Assembly (NCBI GenBank): GCA_002427045.1
Contig: DIPO01000066.1
Span: 6-64,005, forward strand
DNA from: Firmicutes bacterium UBA5486
GTDB taxonomy: Bacteria; Bacillota; UBA4882; UBA10575
DNA: 64,000 nucleotides
Reading direction: 5' to 3'
Positions 1 through 8,312 of the stretch are shown here, piece after piece (position 1 is the stretch's first letter; each line of letters opens with the position of its first letter). Below the pieces are notes generated by a model. That model was given only the letters and a program-made list of their open reading frames with translations. It searched no databases and had not been told where the DNA came from. A program made the position numbers and the translations under genes.

Positions 1-2211
1 CGCTCGTGGGGAATAGATCAATAGCAATAACCCTCACATCTCCACCGCCGGTACACCCCCACGCTCGTGGGGAATAGGATGGTTGATAATATTGTTTGGT
101 ATGGTTCGCCGGTACACCCCCACGCTCGTGGGGAATAGGTCTCCTTCCTGAACATCTTCCTGTGTTGCTTCGGTACACCCCCACGCTCGTGGGGAATAGG
201 CAACCAACATGAGGAATCTATTATTGCCCAGCGGTACACCCCCACGCTCGTGGGGAATAGTACCTGGGCGGTAGAACTCGACCGGAAGACGACGGTACAC
301 CCCCACGCTCGTGGGGAATAGTGCTTCGTCCACATTAAATTTTTCACATCTTACGGTACACCCCCACGCTCGTGGGGAATAGTTGATGTGACGTTTTGTA
401 TCAAGGTTTATCACCGGTACACCCCCACGCTCGTGGGGAATAGGCTACCAGGCATTATCAAAGCTTGGCGTGCGTCGGTACACCCCCACGCTCGTGGGGA
501 ATAGCTGGGCGGGCGGAGCAATAGCGGCAGGGGGAACGGTACACCCCCACGCTCGTGGGGAATAGTCGGCACTACTTTCATGTTATCGCTCCTTGTTCGG
601 TACACCCCCACGCTCGTGGGGAATAGGATACCATGGAACCATGGCCGTACATACTCCTCGGTACACCCCCACGCTCGTGGGGAATAGAAATACTATCGCG
701 GATTGTTCTCCTTTTACATCGGTACACCCCCACGCTCGTGGGGAATAGCGTTTAACGCTTCCCTGACTATTTCCGCCATACGGTACACCCCCACGCTCGT
801 GGGGAATAGACAAAGGCCGATTAGTAGCAGTCGAGGGCAGACGGTACACCCCCACGCTCGTGGGGAATAGTCGGACTTCAGCACGATGTAATATTCCGCT
901 TCCGGTACACCCCCACGCTCGTGGGGAATAGATATTTTCCAAGGTCTTTATAAGCTTCATAAGCGGTACACCCCCACGCTCGTGGGGAATAGTGTTGTGG
1001 GTCGGCAAACTGAAAGAACCCTTGCGGTACACCCCCACGCTCGTGGGGAATAGGCTGGAACACCGCATTTTGGAAAATGATAGACCGGTACACCCCCACG
1101 CTCGTGGGGAATAGACGATCCTTTTTGGTTTCTTGGGGTGTATATTCGGTACACCCCCACGCTCGTGGGGAATAGGTTAAATCTTCGATCATCTAGAGTT
1201 TCCGTTGCGGTACACCCCCACGCTCGTGGGGAATAGGATTTTTCTGCCCCCGTGTGCAGGCAGGAGAACGGTACACCCCCACGCTCGTGGGGAATAGGTC
1301 AGTAGGCATATTTCCCTTTGGCTTAGGTGCGGTACACCCCCACGCTCGTGGGGAATAGGGTCTACATCTCCGTAGCACATTGAGCAGGTTCGGTACACCC
1401 CCACGCTCGTGGGGAATAGTTCTAGGTGTTCGCCTAGCTTGATGCTCTTTGCGGTACACCCCCACGCTCGTGGGGAATAGTAAAGTGTCAAATTATTAAG
1501 GAACTGGCGTTTCGGTACACCCCCACGCTCGTGGGGAATAGGTGACGGTTAGCTCCGCAGTCTCCCAGCCGTCGGTACACCCCCACGCTCGTGGGGAATA
1601 GAAGGTCTATCTGCAAACCTAAAAGGATCATCCCGGTACACCCCCACGCTCGTGGGGAATAGTCTCAAAAGGAGTCGAAACGCCCAGAAACAGCCGGTAC
1701 ACCCCCACGCTCGTGGGGAATAGTTCTTTTTCTGCCGGTCGGCTTCTAGTTTAGCCGGTACACCCCCACGCTCGTGGGGAATAGAATGCAGCCTGAACTT
1801 CGCGCCGATGCGATGACGGTACACCCCCACGCTCGTGGGGAATAGGTTCAAGCTTAGCCTTCAATCCGCGGTATGCCCGGTACACCCCCACGCTCGTGGG
1901 GAATAGTACCAGGGCAAACGCTACTGGCTGGAGCACACCGGTACACCCCCACGCTCGTGGGGAATAGGAACAATCAGAGGTTCTTCTTCTTTATTGGCTC
2001 GGTACACCCCCACGCTCGTGGGGAATAGACCCCAAGCGAATACATGAGGAACCCCGGCAACGGTACACCCCCACGCTCGTGGGGAATAGGACGTGGACTC
2101 TCGCCTTGTAAAGTGCGCTTTCGGTACACCCCCACGCTCGTGGGGAATAGATCAGTCTTTCGTAGAACATAAAACCTAGCTTCGGTACACCCCCACGCTC
2201 GTGGGGAATAG
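1..2211 (-). CRISPR. CRISPR array with a type I-E-like 29-bp repeat. It has 36 complete repeats plus one partial repeat cut by the window edge, and 36 spacers (35 of 32 bp, one of 31 bp).
   Basis: The repeat cggtacacccccacgctcgtggggaatag recurs with a 61-bp period (starts 49, 110, 171 ... 2122, 2183), with a single 60-bp step from 1513 to 1573. Its reverse complement CTATTCCCCACGAGCGTGGGGGTGTACCG has the I-E layout: a CCCCAC/GTGGGG hairpin followed by an 8-nt handle ending in CCG. The crRNA strand is therefore minus, the same strand as the adjacent cas operon. All complete repeats read identical and I noticed no duplicated spacers. Confidence 0.97.
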
Positions 2212-2221
2212 ACTGAAGAAA

Positions 2222-2527
2222 CTATTGATTTTCCGGCACTTGGATTAAAAATAACCCGTCGAAGTCTCTGAGCTGGCGTTTATAATTACCCCATAATCTA
2301 ATTGCAAATCCTTGCTCATTATTTGTATTATGAAAAAGTATACAACCCCCATCTCCAGCTTTCTTACAAACTTTTATCCACAATCTATCACGTACCATCG
2401 CAGACATCTTACCTACAAAGACTCCTGCTTTTGGTTCCAACATCCATCTAGTGAGTTCTCCACGTAAAGAGGTAGGTACATTCTCCAGAACCATCACTAC
2501 CATTGCTTTTTCCTCCATGTTAAGCAT
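2222..2527 (-). CDS. cas2: CRISPR-associated endoribonuclease Cas2 (I-E type)
   Basis: The sequence MVVMVLENVPTSLRGELTRWMLEPKAGVFVG...FDGLFLIQV resembles E. coli YgbF-type Cas2 over its full length. The gene sits between cas1 and the array. A GGAGG lies 8 nt before the third ATG, which suggests the real start is 2503 (93 aa). Confidence 0.9.
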   Translation of the reverse strand: MLNMEEKAMVVMVLENVPTSLRGELTRWMLEPKAGVFVGKMSAMVRDRLWIKVCKKAGDGGCILFHNTNNEQGFAIRLWGNYKRQLRDFDGLFLIQVPENQ

Positions 2528-2561
2528 ATTGCTACTGTCTTATATCCTTTACCCAATTTAA

Positions 2562-2602
2562 GGAATTGCATCAAATTGCATATAAGGTAATTATGCAATT
2601 CC
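2562..2602. promoter_or_regulatory. AATTGCAT box cluster and 10-bp inverted repeat in the cas1-cas2 gap (candidate operator or internal promoter)
   Basis: AATTGCAT occurs at 2564-2571 and 2574-2581, giving 10-bp phasing. The inverted copy ATGCAATT is at 2593-2600. GGAATTGCAT (2562-2571) and ATGCAATTCC (2593-2602) form a perfect 10-bp inverted repeat. The function is only inferred. Confidence 0.35.
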
Positions 2603-2628
2603 CTAACTATACTAAAGAAATTAAAAAG

Positions 2629-3567
2629 TTATGTTCCATAGTTTATCCCACCTTCAACCTGTTTTGCTTCCGGATCCCACACTCCTCCGGGTAATGCAGC
2701 ATCCGAATCCATGTCTTTTTCATCAATCTCAGTAATTACTCCCTGAACACTTAGTACATCATCAATATCTTCCGCAATTCGGGCTAAAAGCCTAGTCTCC
2801 TTAAATAGATCCCGGCAAGCCAGCCTAACCTCTCTTTCCAAGCCCCCTGCCTCTCCAATATCGACGGCTGCCTGAAAAGCCGCAGGTATAGTAATTTCTG
2901 TTTTATACAAATCAGCAATATCGTATACAAAAGATAGCTGTTTTCCGGTATGAATGAAACCTAATCCAGGTGAATAACCTAATGAAACAATAGCAGCATG
3001 ACAAATTCCATAAAGACATGAGTTAGCAACAGATAAGGCCTTATTAACGGGATCCGTTTCTGACCAGTTTTTTCGATTATACGAACGTCCCGTCCATGGT
3101 ACTCCAGTCTCTTCTGCTAATCTAGCATAAGTTTCTCTAACTCTAATTCCCTCTTTTCCTCTAATCTGGTTCAGAGATAAACCTTCGGGTATTACCTCTT
3201 GGAACCTTTTACGATACATCCGCATAACCACTTGTAATCTCAAGTCAGAATTGGCACATAATTTTGCCTGTCTAAGCAACCTCGCAGCACTACGGGTTTC
3301 CCCTAACCCTTGGGCATAAAAACGAACACTATTTTCCCCACACCATACAACCAAACAACCATTTTCAGCTAATGTGCGGATTGCGGCGTGGGTGATCCTT
3401 GTCCCCGGCCCTAACATTAAAACTGACAATGCTGCACAAGGAACTGGCGTTCGCCCTTCTGCATCCCGAATGGAAATTGATTGCATATCCTGATCAATCT
3501 TACAATGTTCAACATAAAGAAAACTTAATCCATCTCTTAATTTAGGAAGTTCATGTAAATCTTTCAT
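2629..3567 (-). CDS. cas1: CRISPR-associated integrase Cas1 (I-E type)
   Basis: The protein is 312 aa. In GLGFIHTGKQLSFVYDIADLYK the H, D and D are spaced as in the E. coli Cas1 catalytic H208/D218/D221. The gene order also supports the call. Confidence 0.93.
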   Translation of the reverse strand: MKDLHELPKLRDGLSFLYVEHCKIDQDMQSISIRDAEGRTPVPCAALSVLMLGPGTRITHAAIRTLAENGCLVVWCGENSVRFYAQGLGETRSAARLLRQAKLCANSDLRLQVVMRMYRKRFQEVIPEGLSLNQIRGKEGIRVRETYARLAEETGVPWTGRSYNRKNWSETDPVNKALSVANSCLYGICHAAIVSLGYSPGLGFIHTGKQLSFVYDIADLYKTEITIPAAFQAAVDIGEAGGLEREVRLACRDLFKETRLLARIAEDIDDVLSVQGVITEIDEKDMDSDAALPGGVWDPEAKQVEGGINYGT

Positions 3568-4277
3568 CAGTACCTCCTTGGCGAAGCTAAAGATAGTAAA
3601 CCAAAACCATAAGCTTTTCCACTACCTATTCCACTAACCAAGGTTTGCATAAATAATTTACTATCAGAGATTCTTAAGTTCCCTTTATAAAGTATCGAAC
3701 CAAATGTAAGTAACTGTTTCTGCTCCCCCTTACCATGATAACCACTAACTTTTCCTTCAGGATTAATCATAAGATCCGGAGTTCCTTCATCAATGCTAAC
3801 TGATAGTAGTTCAAAACCACCATCTTTTCCTTTCCGTTGAAGCCAAGCTATCTGCTCAGCATAATCCTTAATAAAAACTCGCCGTCCATTCTTTCGAACC
3901 CCTCGCAAACGTTCTGTCTTTTGAGCTGTTTCAATCTTTCGAGTAGGATTAGCTCTCAAGCAAAAAGATAATATTTGTTCCACTTTAAGACTTTCATAAA
4001 TTGGTTTTACATATTTAGGTCCTTTAATCTCCATACAATAACCCTTAGGGGTATTATTCCACTCCGGTTTAAGCTTTGATTGGGCATATACTATAATCCT
4101 GCCATATCTACGTTCATTTTCTAGCCGATAAAGCAGTCCCGAATCTTGCCGTGCTTGCCCACCGGGAGAAAATTGAGGAAAAGCCCGTAATAATGTTCGA
4201 TGTAGTTCCCGACAATTAGTAACATCACGACGAACTTGCCTATTAGCAGGATTAAGGACTAAACAAGAAAGGTACAT
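3567..4277 (-). CDS. cas6e: Cas6e (CasE) pre-crRNA endoribonuclease
   Basis: The protein is 236 aa. Its C-terminus has the glycine-rich GIGSGKAYGFGLLSLA typical of CasE. It overlaps the cas1 start by 1 nt, and its position matches the I-E gene order. Confidence 0.88.
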   Translation of the reverse strand: MYLSCLVLNPANRQVRRDVTNCRELHRTLLRAFPQFSPGGQARQDSGLLYRLENERRYGRIIVYAQSKLKPEWNNTPKGYCMEIKGPKYVKPIYESLKVEQILSFCLRANPTRKIETAQKTERLRGVRKNGRRVFIKDYAEQIAWLQRKGKDGGFELLSVSIDEGTPDLMINPEGKVSGYHGKGEQKQLLTFGSILYKGNLRISDSKLFMQTLVSGIGSGKAYGFGLLSLASPRRY

Positions 4278-4981
4278 CAGCTCTCCTCCTTTACTCCGGG
4301 AAATTTAACCCATTGGACAGAAACTCTCCTGTTAGCATATATTCTTGCCGGATTAACCCGAATACAGTCTGAACGTAAGGATTCTCCTTTCAGATCTTCA
4401 GTTGTGCAACGCAAATAACTAGGCAATTTTTTAATTGTAACTTTTCCATCCCAATCCCATGGATAACAGTACATCAATTCTAAAATAGAATTATATCGAT
4501 CAGTCAATTCTTCAAAAATAGGCCTAGTTGGAAGACAAGATTTTCTACCAAGGTATAGTGGCCATTTGGGGTTTTGTAGTGCTCTTACAGACTGTTCTAA
4601 AATCTTAGCCGGTCCGCTAAATACCGCTAAAAAAGCCGCATCCTGTAAATAGGTCCGGGGAGAAATTATTGTTGATGGATCATCTTCTCTACCTTTAAAT
4701 CCGCCAGCTGCCGTGGGTAAAATTCCTGTAATTGTATGAAAATCCGTCATCGGAATTCCGTGATGTTCTACTCTAATACCTAGAGTGAGTTGCCGGTCAA
4801 GTTCTTCTAAACGGGGATCCTCTCTTTTGTAACCTAAAGCACACCCTAAAAGTCCTATCAAACCTGACTTTGTCGGTTCATCCGCTGAATCTCGTACATC
4901 CCAGCGTGCTCTTATTCCCCAAGCTTGAAGTGGTCCTTCAAGACGAAGGATGAGTAATGGGGTTTTACTCATGATCTTCAC
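4277..4981 (-). CDS. cas5e: Cas5e (CasD) Cascade subunit
   Basis: The N-terminal LLILRLEGPLQAWG matches the Cas5e signature (E. coli CasD has LILRLAGPMQAWG). The gene order also supports the call. Confidence 0.9.
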   Translation of the reverse strand: MKIMSKTPLLILRLEGPLQAWGIRARWDVRDSADEPTKSGLIGLLGCALGYKREDPRLEELDRQLTLGIRVEHHGIPMTDFHTITGILPTAAGGFKGREDDPSTIISPRTYLQDAAFLAVFSGPAKILEQSVRALQNPKWPLYLGRKSCLPTRPIFEELTDRYNSILELMYCYPWDWDGKVTIKKLPSYLRCTTEDLKGESLRSDCIRVNPARIYANRRVSVQWVKFPGVKEES

Positions 4982-6161
4982 TCGTTTCGAGTATTATTTG
5001 TAAATTATTAAATAAATCATCAGTTGTTTCACAGTCCTTAACATCATTCATTTCAATATCCCGAGTATTAAACCATAAACGTTCAATTGATTCCAGATTA
5101 TACTTTTTGTTTAATTTTTCTGCATATTGAATGAATTTATCCATGCTGTCTTCAAGTAAGTCTTTATCTCTATAAGCCTTAGCTGGTTTAATAAAAGCAT
5201 TAGCATAACTAACCGGAGCCTTCACTGATCTCACTTCAACTAAAATTGCTTCGGGTAGTTGATGTGCAGCAAAAGAATTTTGTTTACCGGACGGATTAGT
5301 AAAGATAGCTGCTTTCAAAAATGCTTTTACAGCTTTAATAGCAATCAATCTTGCTTCTGAATATGCATCTTCGTATTCCTTTTTTTCCTGATTTGTCATT
5401 TGTTTTAGTTTAGGTCCTGCCATATTTGCCACCAAGCCATCAAAATCTAAAGAAAAATACTTATAAAAGCAAGCAGAATTAAACTCTACATCTCCAATCA
5501 TTCCTGCACCGGTATCCTCGCCTCCGGCTTCGCTTTCTTGAAGATCATCCACTGCCGTAAAATAATCAAATTCATGATCCATTTTATTGGTTGAAATAGC
5601 ATGAGCAACTTGCATAGCAGCTTCTACATCACGGAAAGCCTCAGACGTTGTCATCCTACCAAAAAGTGCAATATCCAAAGTTATCGGCCGCCAGCCTTTT
5701 AGTGTTGCTTTACTTTGTAACTCTTTTGCCTTAAGATTTTTTAGTTCTTCAGCACTTGCGGTATTTTTTACTACTTCATACATAACCTCTGCTACTTTTT
5801 GAATATCTTGAGGAGATAAAAATATTACTTGTGCTGTCTTCCCATCCTTCTGTTCTTTCCCTTCTTTATTACCAAAACCCGTAACTTTTTCCGCAGCAAT
5901 TTCAGCCAGTTCTTCAGAAACACCTTTATCTAATAAAATAGCTTTTATTTCCTGTGGTAATCTCCTGGTGCGAATACCTAGCAAATCCTCCCCCAATTCA
6001 TCAACAAAAATCGGCGATCGTCTAATACTCCGCTTCAAACACTGACTGGAAATTCGTGCTCTTCGAATACCTCCGAATATACAATCTTTGGGGCTTCCAG
6101 AATCATCACGATTCAAATTAGATGGCGCATGATTTTGTAACATATGAATTTCAATTAACAT
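4965..6161 (-). CDS. cas7e: Cas7e (CasC) Cascade backbone subunit
   Basis: IHMLQNHAPSNLNRDDSGSPKDCIFGGIRRARISSQCLKRSIR parallels the E. coli CasC N-terminus (HSPSCLNRDD...FGG.RR.RISSQSLKR). Confidence 0.92.
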   Translation of the reverse strand: MLIEIHMLQNHAPSNLNRDDSGSPKDCIFGGIRRARISSQCLKRSIRRSPIFVDELGEDLLGIRTRRLPQEIKAILLDKGVSEELAEIAAEKVTGFGNKEGKEQKDGKTAQVIFLSPQDIQKVAEVMYEVVKNTASAEELKNLKAKELQSKATLKGWRPITLDIALFGRMTTSEAFRDVEAAMQVAHAISTNKMDHEFDYFTAVDDLQESEAGGEDTGAGMIGDVEFNSACFYKYFSLDFDGLVANMAGPKLKQMTNQEKKEYEDAYSEARLIAIKAVKAFLKAAIFTNPSGKQNSFAAHQLPEAILVEVRSVKAPVSYANAFIKPAKAYRDKDLLEDSMDKFIQYAEKLNKKYNLESIERLWFNTRDIEMNDVKDCETTDDLFNNLQIILETSEDHE

Positions 6162-6187
6162 TAAAAGTACCTCCTTTTTTTATAAGT

Positions 6188-6745
6188 TTATTCATTGTTT
6201 TTGAGGCTCTTTGTTCCATAATAAGAGCGAGCCCATTTCTTTTGTATTCTTTTTTCCGGATAACTCCAATACCGTAAATCTTTTAATAATTCTAACCATT
6301 CTACTCCTATCTCATGATTCTTAGCTAATTTAACACATTGCCTTAATCTATAGGCCATTTCTCCTCCCCCCGGGCGAAAACCATCAATTAATGAAAATTC
6401 ACTATCCAATAAGATCTTCATTCTTCGATCTGTATTTTCTGACTGCGATTTAGTTTTAATGAGTTGCATAGTAGTACCAAAATCTCCTTGATGCGATAAC
6501 TCATTTAAACCAAAAAGTGTTGCTATCAGAAAATAGATTTCTTCATCCTTACAATCTAACAGCCTCGGTGGAAGTATACGGTAAAAAATACTCATTGCTC
6601 CTCGGGACTCAGCTAATGTAAACCCGGCATTTCTTTTTAAAACAGCTTTTTCCCCACGATTAAGTTTGTATAAGTTTTCAATAAAACTTTCAACTGTAGC
6701 TGAAAACACTTCCTTTTGATTAATTTGATTTGCTACTTCTGCCAT
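6188..6745 (-). CDS. cse2: Cse2 (Cas11e, CasB) small Cascade subunit
   Basis: The protein is 185 aa and lies between cse1 and cas7e. AGGAGG sits 8 nt upstream of the ATG. The gene overlaps the cse1 3' end by 26 nt. The assignment rests mainly on the conserved I-E gene order and on size. Confidence 0.78.
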   Translation of the reverse strand: MAEVANQINQKEVFSATVESFIENLYKLNRGEKAVLKRNAGFTLAESRGAMSIFYRILPPRLLDCKDEEIYFLIATLFGLNELSHQGDFGTTMQLIKTKSQSENTDRRMKILLDSEFSLIDGFRPGGGEMAYRLRQCVKLAKNHEIGVEWLELLKDLRYWSYPEKRIQKKWARSYYGTKSLKNNE

Positions 6746-8312
6746 TTTCTAATCCTCCTTTCTCTTTCTGTTTTTTACCACCATATAAAGCAAACCATAG
6801 CTTTTGCCGAAAAAAATCTCTGGCTATTACTTGTTTACGTAAGAAATCTGCTTTCGAATCAAATGGCCGAATAGCGGTTTCAAATGCTCTTTCCCCCACT
6901 TCTATTAGAGTTTTCTTCCAATCCTCTTTTATCTTCTCTACTTCCATTTGTTCATCATTACTTTGTAATGCCAAAGACTGCAGATACTCTTCTTCAAATC
7001 GCCCCCGTAACATGGGCCAAAAATTATGTTCTGCTAATTGAACTCTGGAACCAAGAGCTTTTTTATTACCTTTTCCTTCTCGGGGGTACATCTTACGTAA
7101 GGCTTGTCCTAAAAAATATGAAACCCGTTCCGCAAGTTCTAAAGCTTCTTGAACCATACGACCAGCATAATCATTGGAGGATAATCCGGGAGGAAGCGTA
7201 AGTTTCTCATATTGCCATTCAAAAATCTTCATTTTCCCATCAGTTCTTACACCATATACCTCTACTTGTTCTGGGAAGGAAGCAGGAAGAACGTATGTTT
7301 TCTTCAATTCCATCAACTGTTCCACAACTAATGGACGGTTAAACTGAATCTTTCCTTTTTCACTCTCATAATCAGCTCGCCGAAGTAGCATCAAAGGACC
7401 TAAATCGCGCCACAATTCCCTATCCTGCTTTGGCCGTAATGGTGAAGGGCCCTTATTGGTATAAACATATGACACCTGAGGATCAGTCCATCCACCAACG
7501 GCTTTAAACCCATAACTAAAGTTTATTTTTCTTACCAATATTGGTGAATATTTTCCAGTATAAGTACAAATACCACCCTCCTCCGGAATTAACCGTACCC
7601 ATCGTGGCCGCCAAGTCAAGCCTTCAAGCAGAGAACTACATTTTAGCTCTGCTTTTGGTGTTATTCTTTTTGTTGTACGCCATGCCGGTAATTCATCCCC
7701 AATTAACCCAGGAATAGGCATTCCGCAACAGTTCAGAACAATTGTTTCAAATAAGTTTTTCCCGAGGACTAATATATACCAAGGGGGATTCCCATTTATA
7801 CTAGGTGAATACCCCGCTCCTCCCGCTGTCATAAATGGAGCAATAGAAAGCAAACCACCGGCACAAACAGCAGGCGAATATGCCTCTTTTTCAAGATTGA
7901 CATGATTAAAATGAGTAGAAAAACTTCCTGAAGGAACATGCTGTAAAACTTCGGCAACTGGCTTTATTTCCAGATCTTCATTTTTTGGCGACTGCAAAAA
8001 AGGGGTGTTTGGATGAAAAAGATCAAAACATCTTTCTCCTACTTTATTTATATACTCATTAATAGCGTTTTTGTTAAAATTCCCCTCCATAAATAACTCT
8101 TCAATCTGCTCAAGCTCTTTGATCTTGAAAATATCCATAACTAAAGCAATTAAAAAGCGATAAATACTGAATTTGATCAAAAGCGTAGCATCTGCGAGGC
8201 TCACGATCTTATGGGCATTCTCTAATACTTCGATAATTCCCATTTCTTTTACGTTACCATTCTGATCATTAACCAAAATCCAAGGTTCTGTTAGTAGATT
8301 AAAAGAAAACAT
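6720..8312 (-). CDS. cse1: Cse1 (Cas8e, CasA) large Cascade subunit
   Basis: The protein is 530 aa. The N-terminal NLLTEPWILV resembles E. coli CasA NLLIDNWIPV. The gene lies immediately downstream of cas3. Confidence 0.88.
   Translation of the reverse strand: MFSFNLLTEPWILVNDQNGNVKEMGIIEVLENAHKIVSLADATLLIKFSIYRFLIALVMDIFKIKELEQIEELFMEGNFNKNAINEYINKVGERCFDLFHPNTPFLQSPKNEDLEIKPVAEVLQHVPSGSFSTHFNHVNLEKEAYSPAVCAGGLLSIAPFMTAGGAGYSPSINGNPPWYILVLGKNLFETIVLNCCGMPIPGLIGDELPAWRTTKRITPKAELKCSSLLEGLTWRPRWVRLIPEEGGICTYTGKYSPILVRKINFSYGFKAVGGWTDPQVSYVYTNKGPSPLRPKQDRELWRDLGPLMLLRRADYESEKGKIQFNRPLVVEQLMELKKTYVLPASFPEQVEVYGVRTDGKMKIFEWQYEKLTLPPGLSSNDYAGRMVQEALELAERVSYFLGQALRKMYPREGKGNKKALGSRVQLAEHNFWPMLRGRFEEEYLQSLALQSNDEQMEVEKIKEDWKKTLIEVGERAFETAIRPFDSKADFLRKQVIARDFFRQKLWFALYGGKKQKEKGGLENGRSSKSN

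Noticed and set aside
1498-1511. A 14-nt identity (AAGGAACTGGCGTT) between one spacer and cas1 (3438-3451), which could suggest self-targeting
   Set aside because: Only 14 of 32 nt match. By a rough estimate, about one such chance match is expected between roughly 1.1 kb of spacers and a 64-kb window on both strands.
18-1936. Ten overlapping minus-strand ORFs (61-161 aa) with recurring SPRAWGCT, FPTSVGVYR and IPHERGGVP peptides
   Set aside because: They are translations of the CRISPR repeat in three frames. The periodic peptide motifs follow the 61-bp repeat period, so they are not genes.
6730-7201. Plus-strand ORFs of 103 and 105 aa inside cse1
   Set aside because: They are antisense to a well-supported Cas8e gene. 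They have low-complexity, Leu/Ser/Phe-rich composition and no ribosome-binding site.
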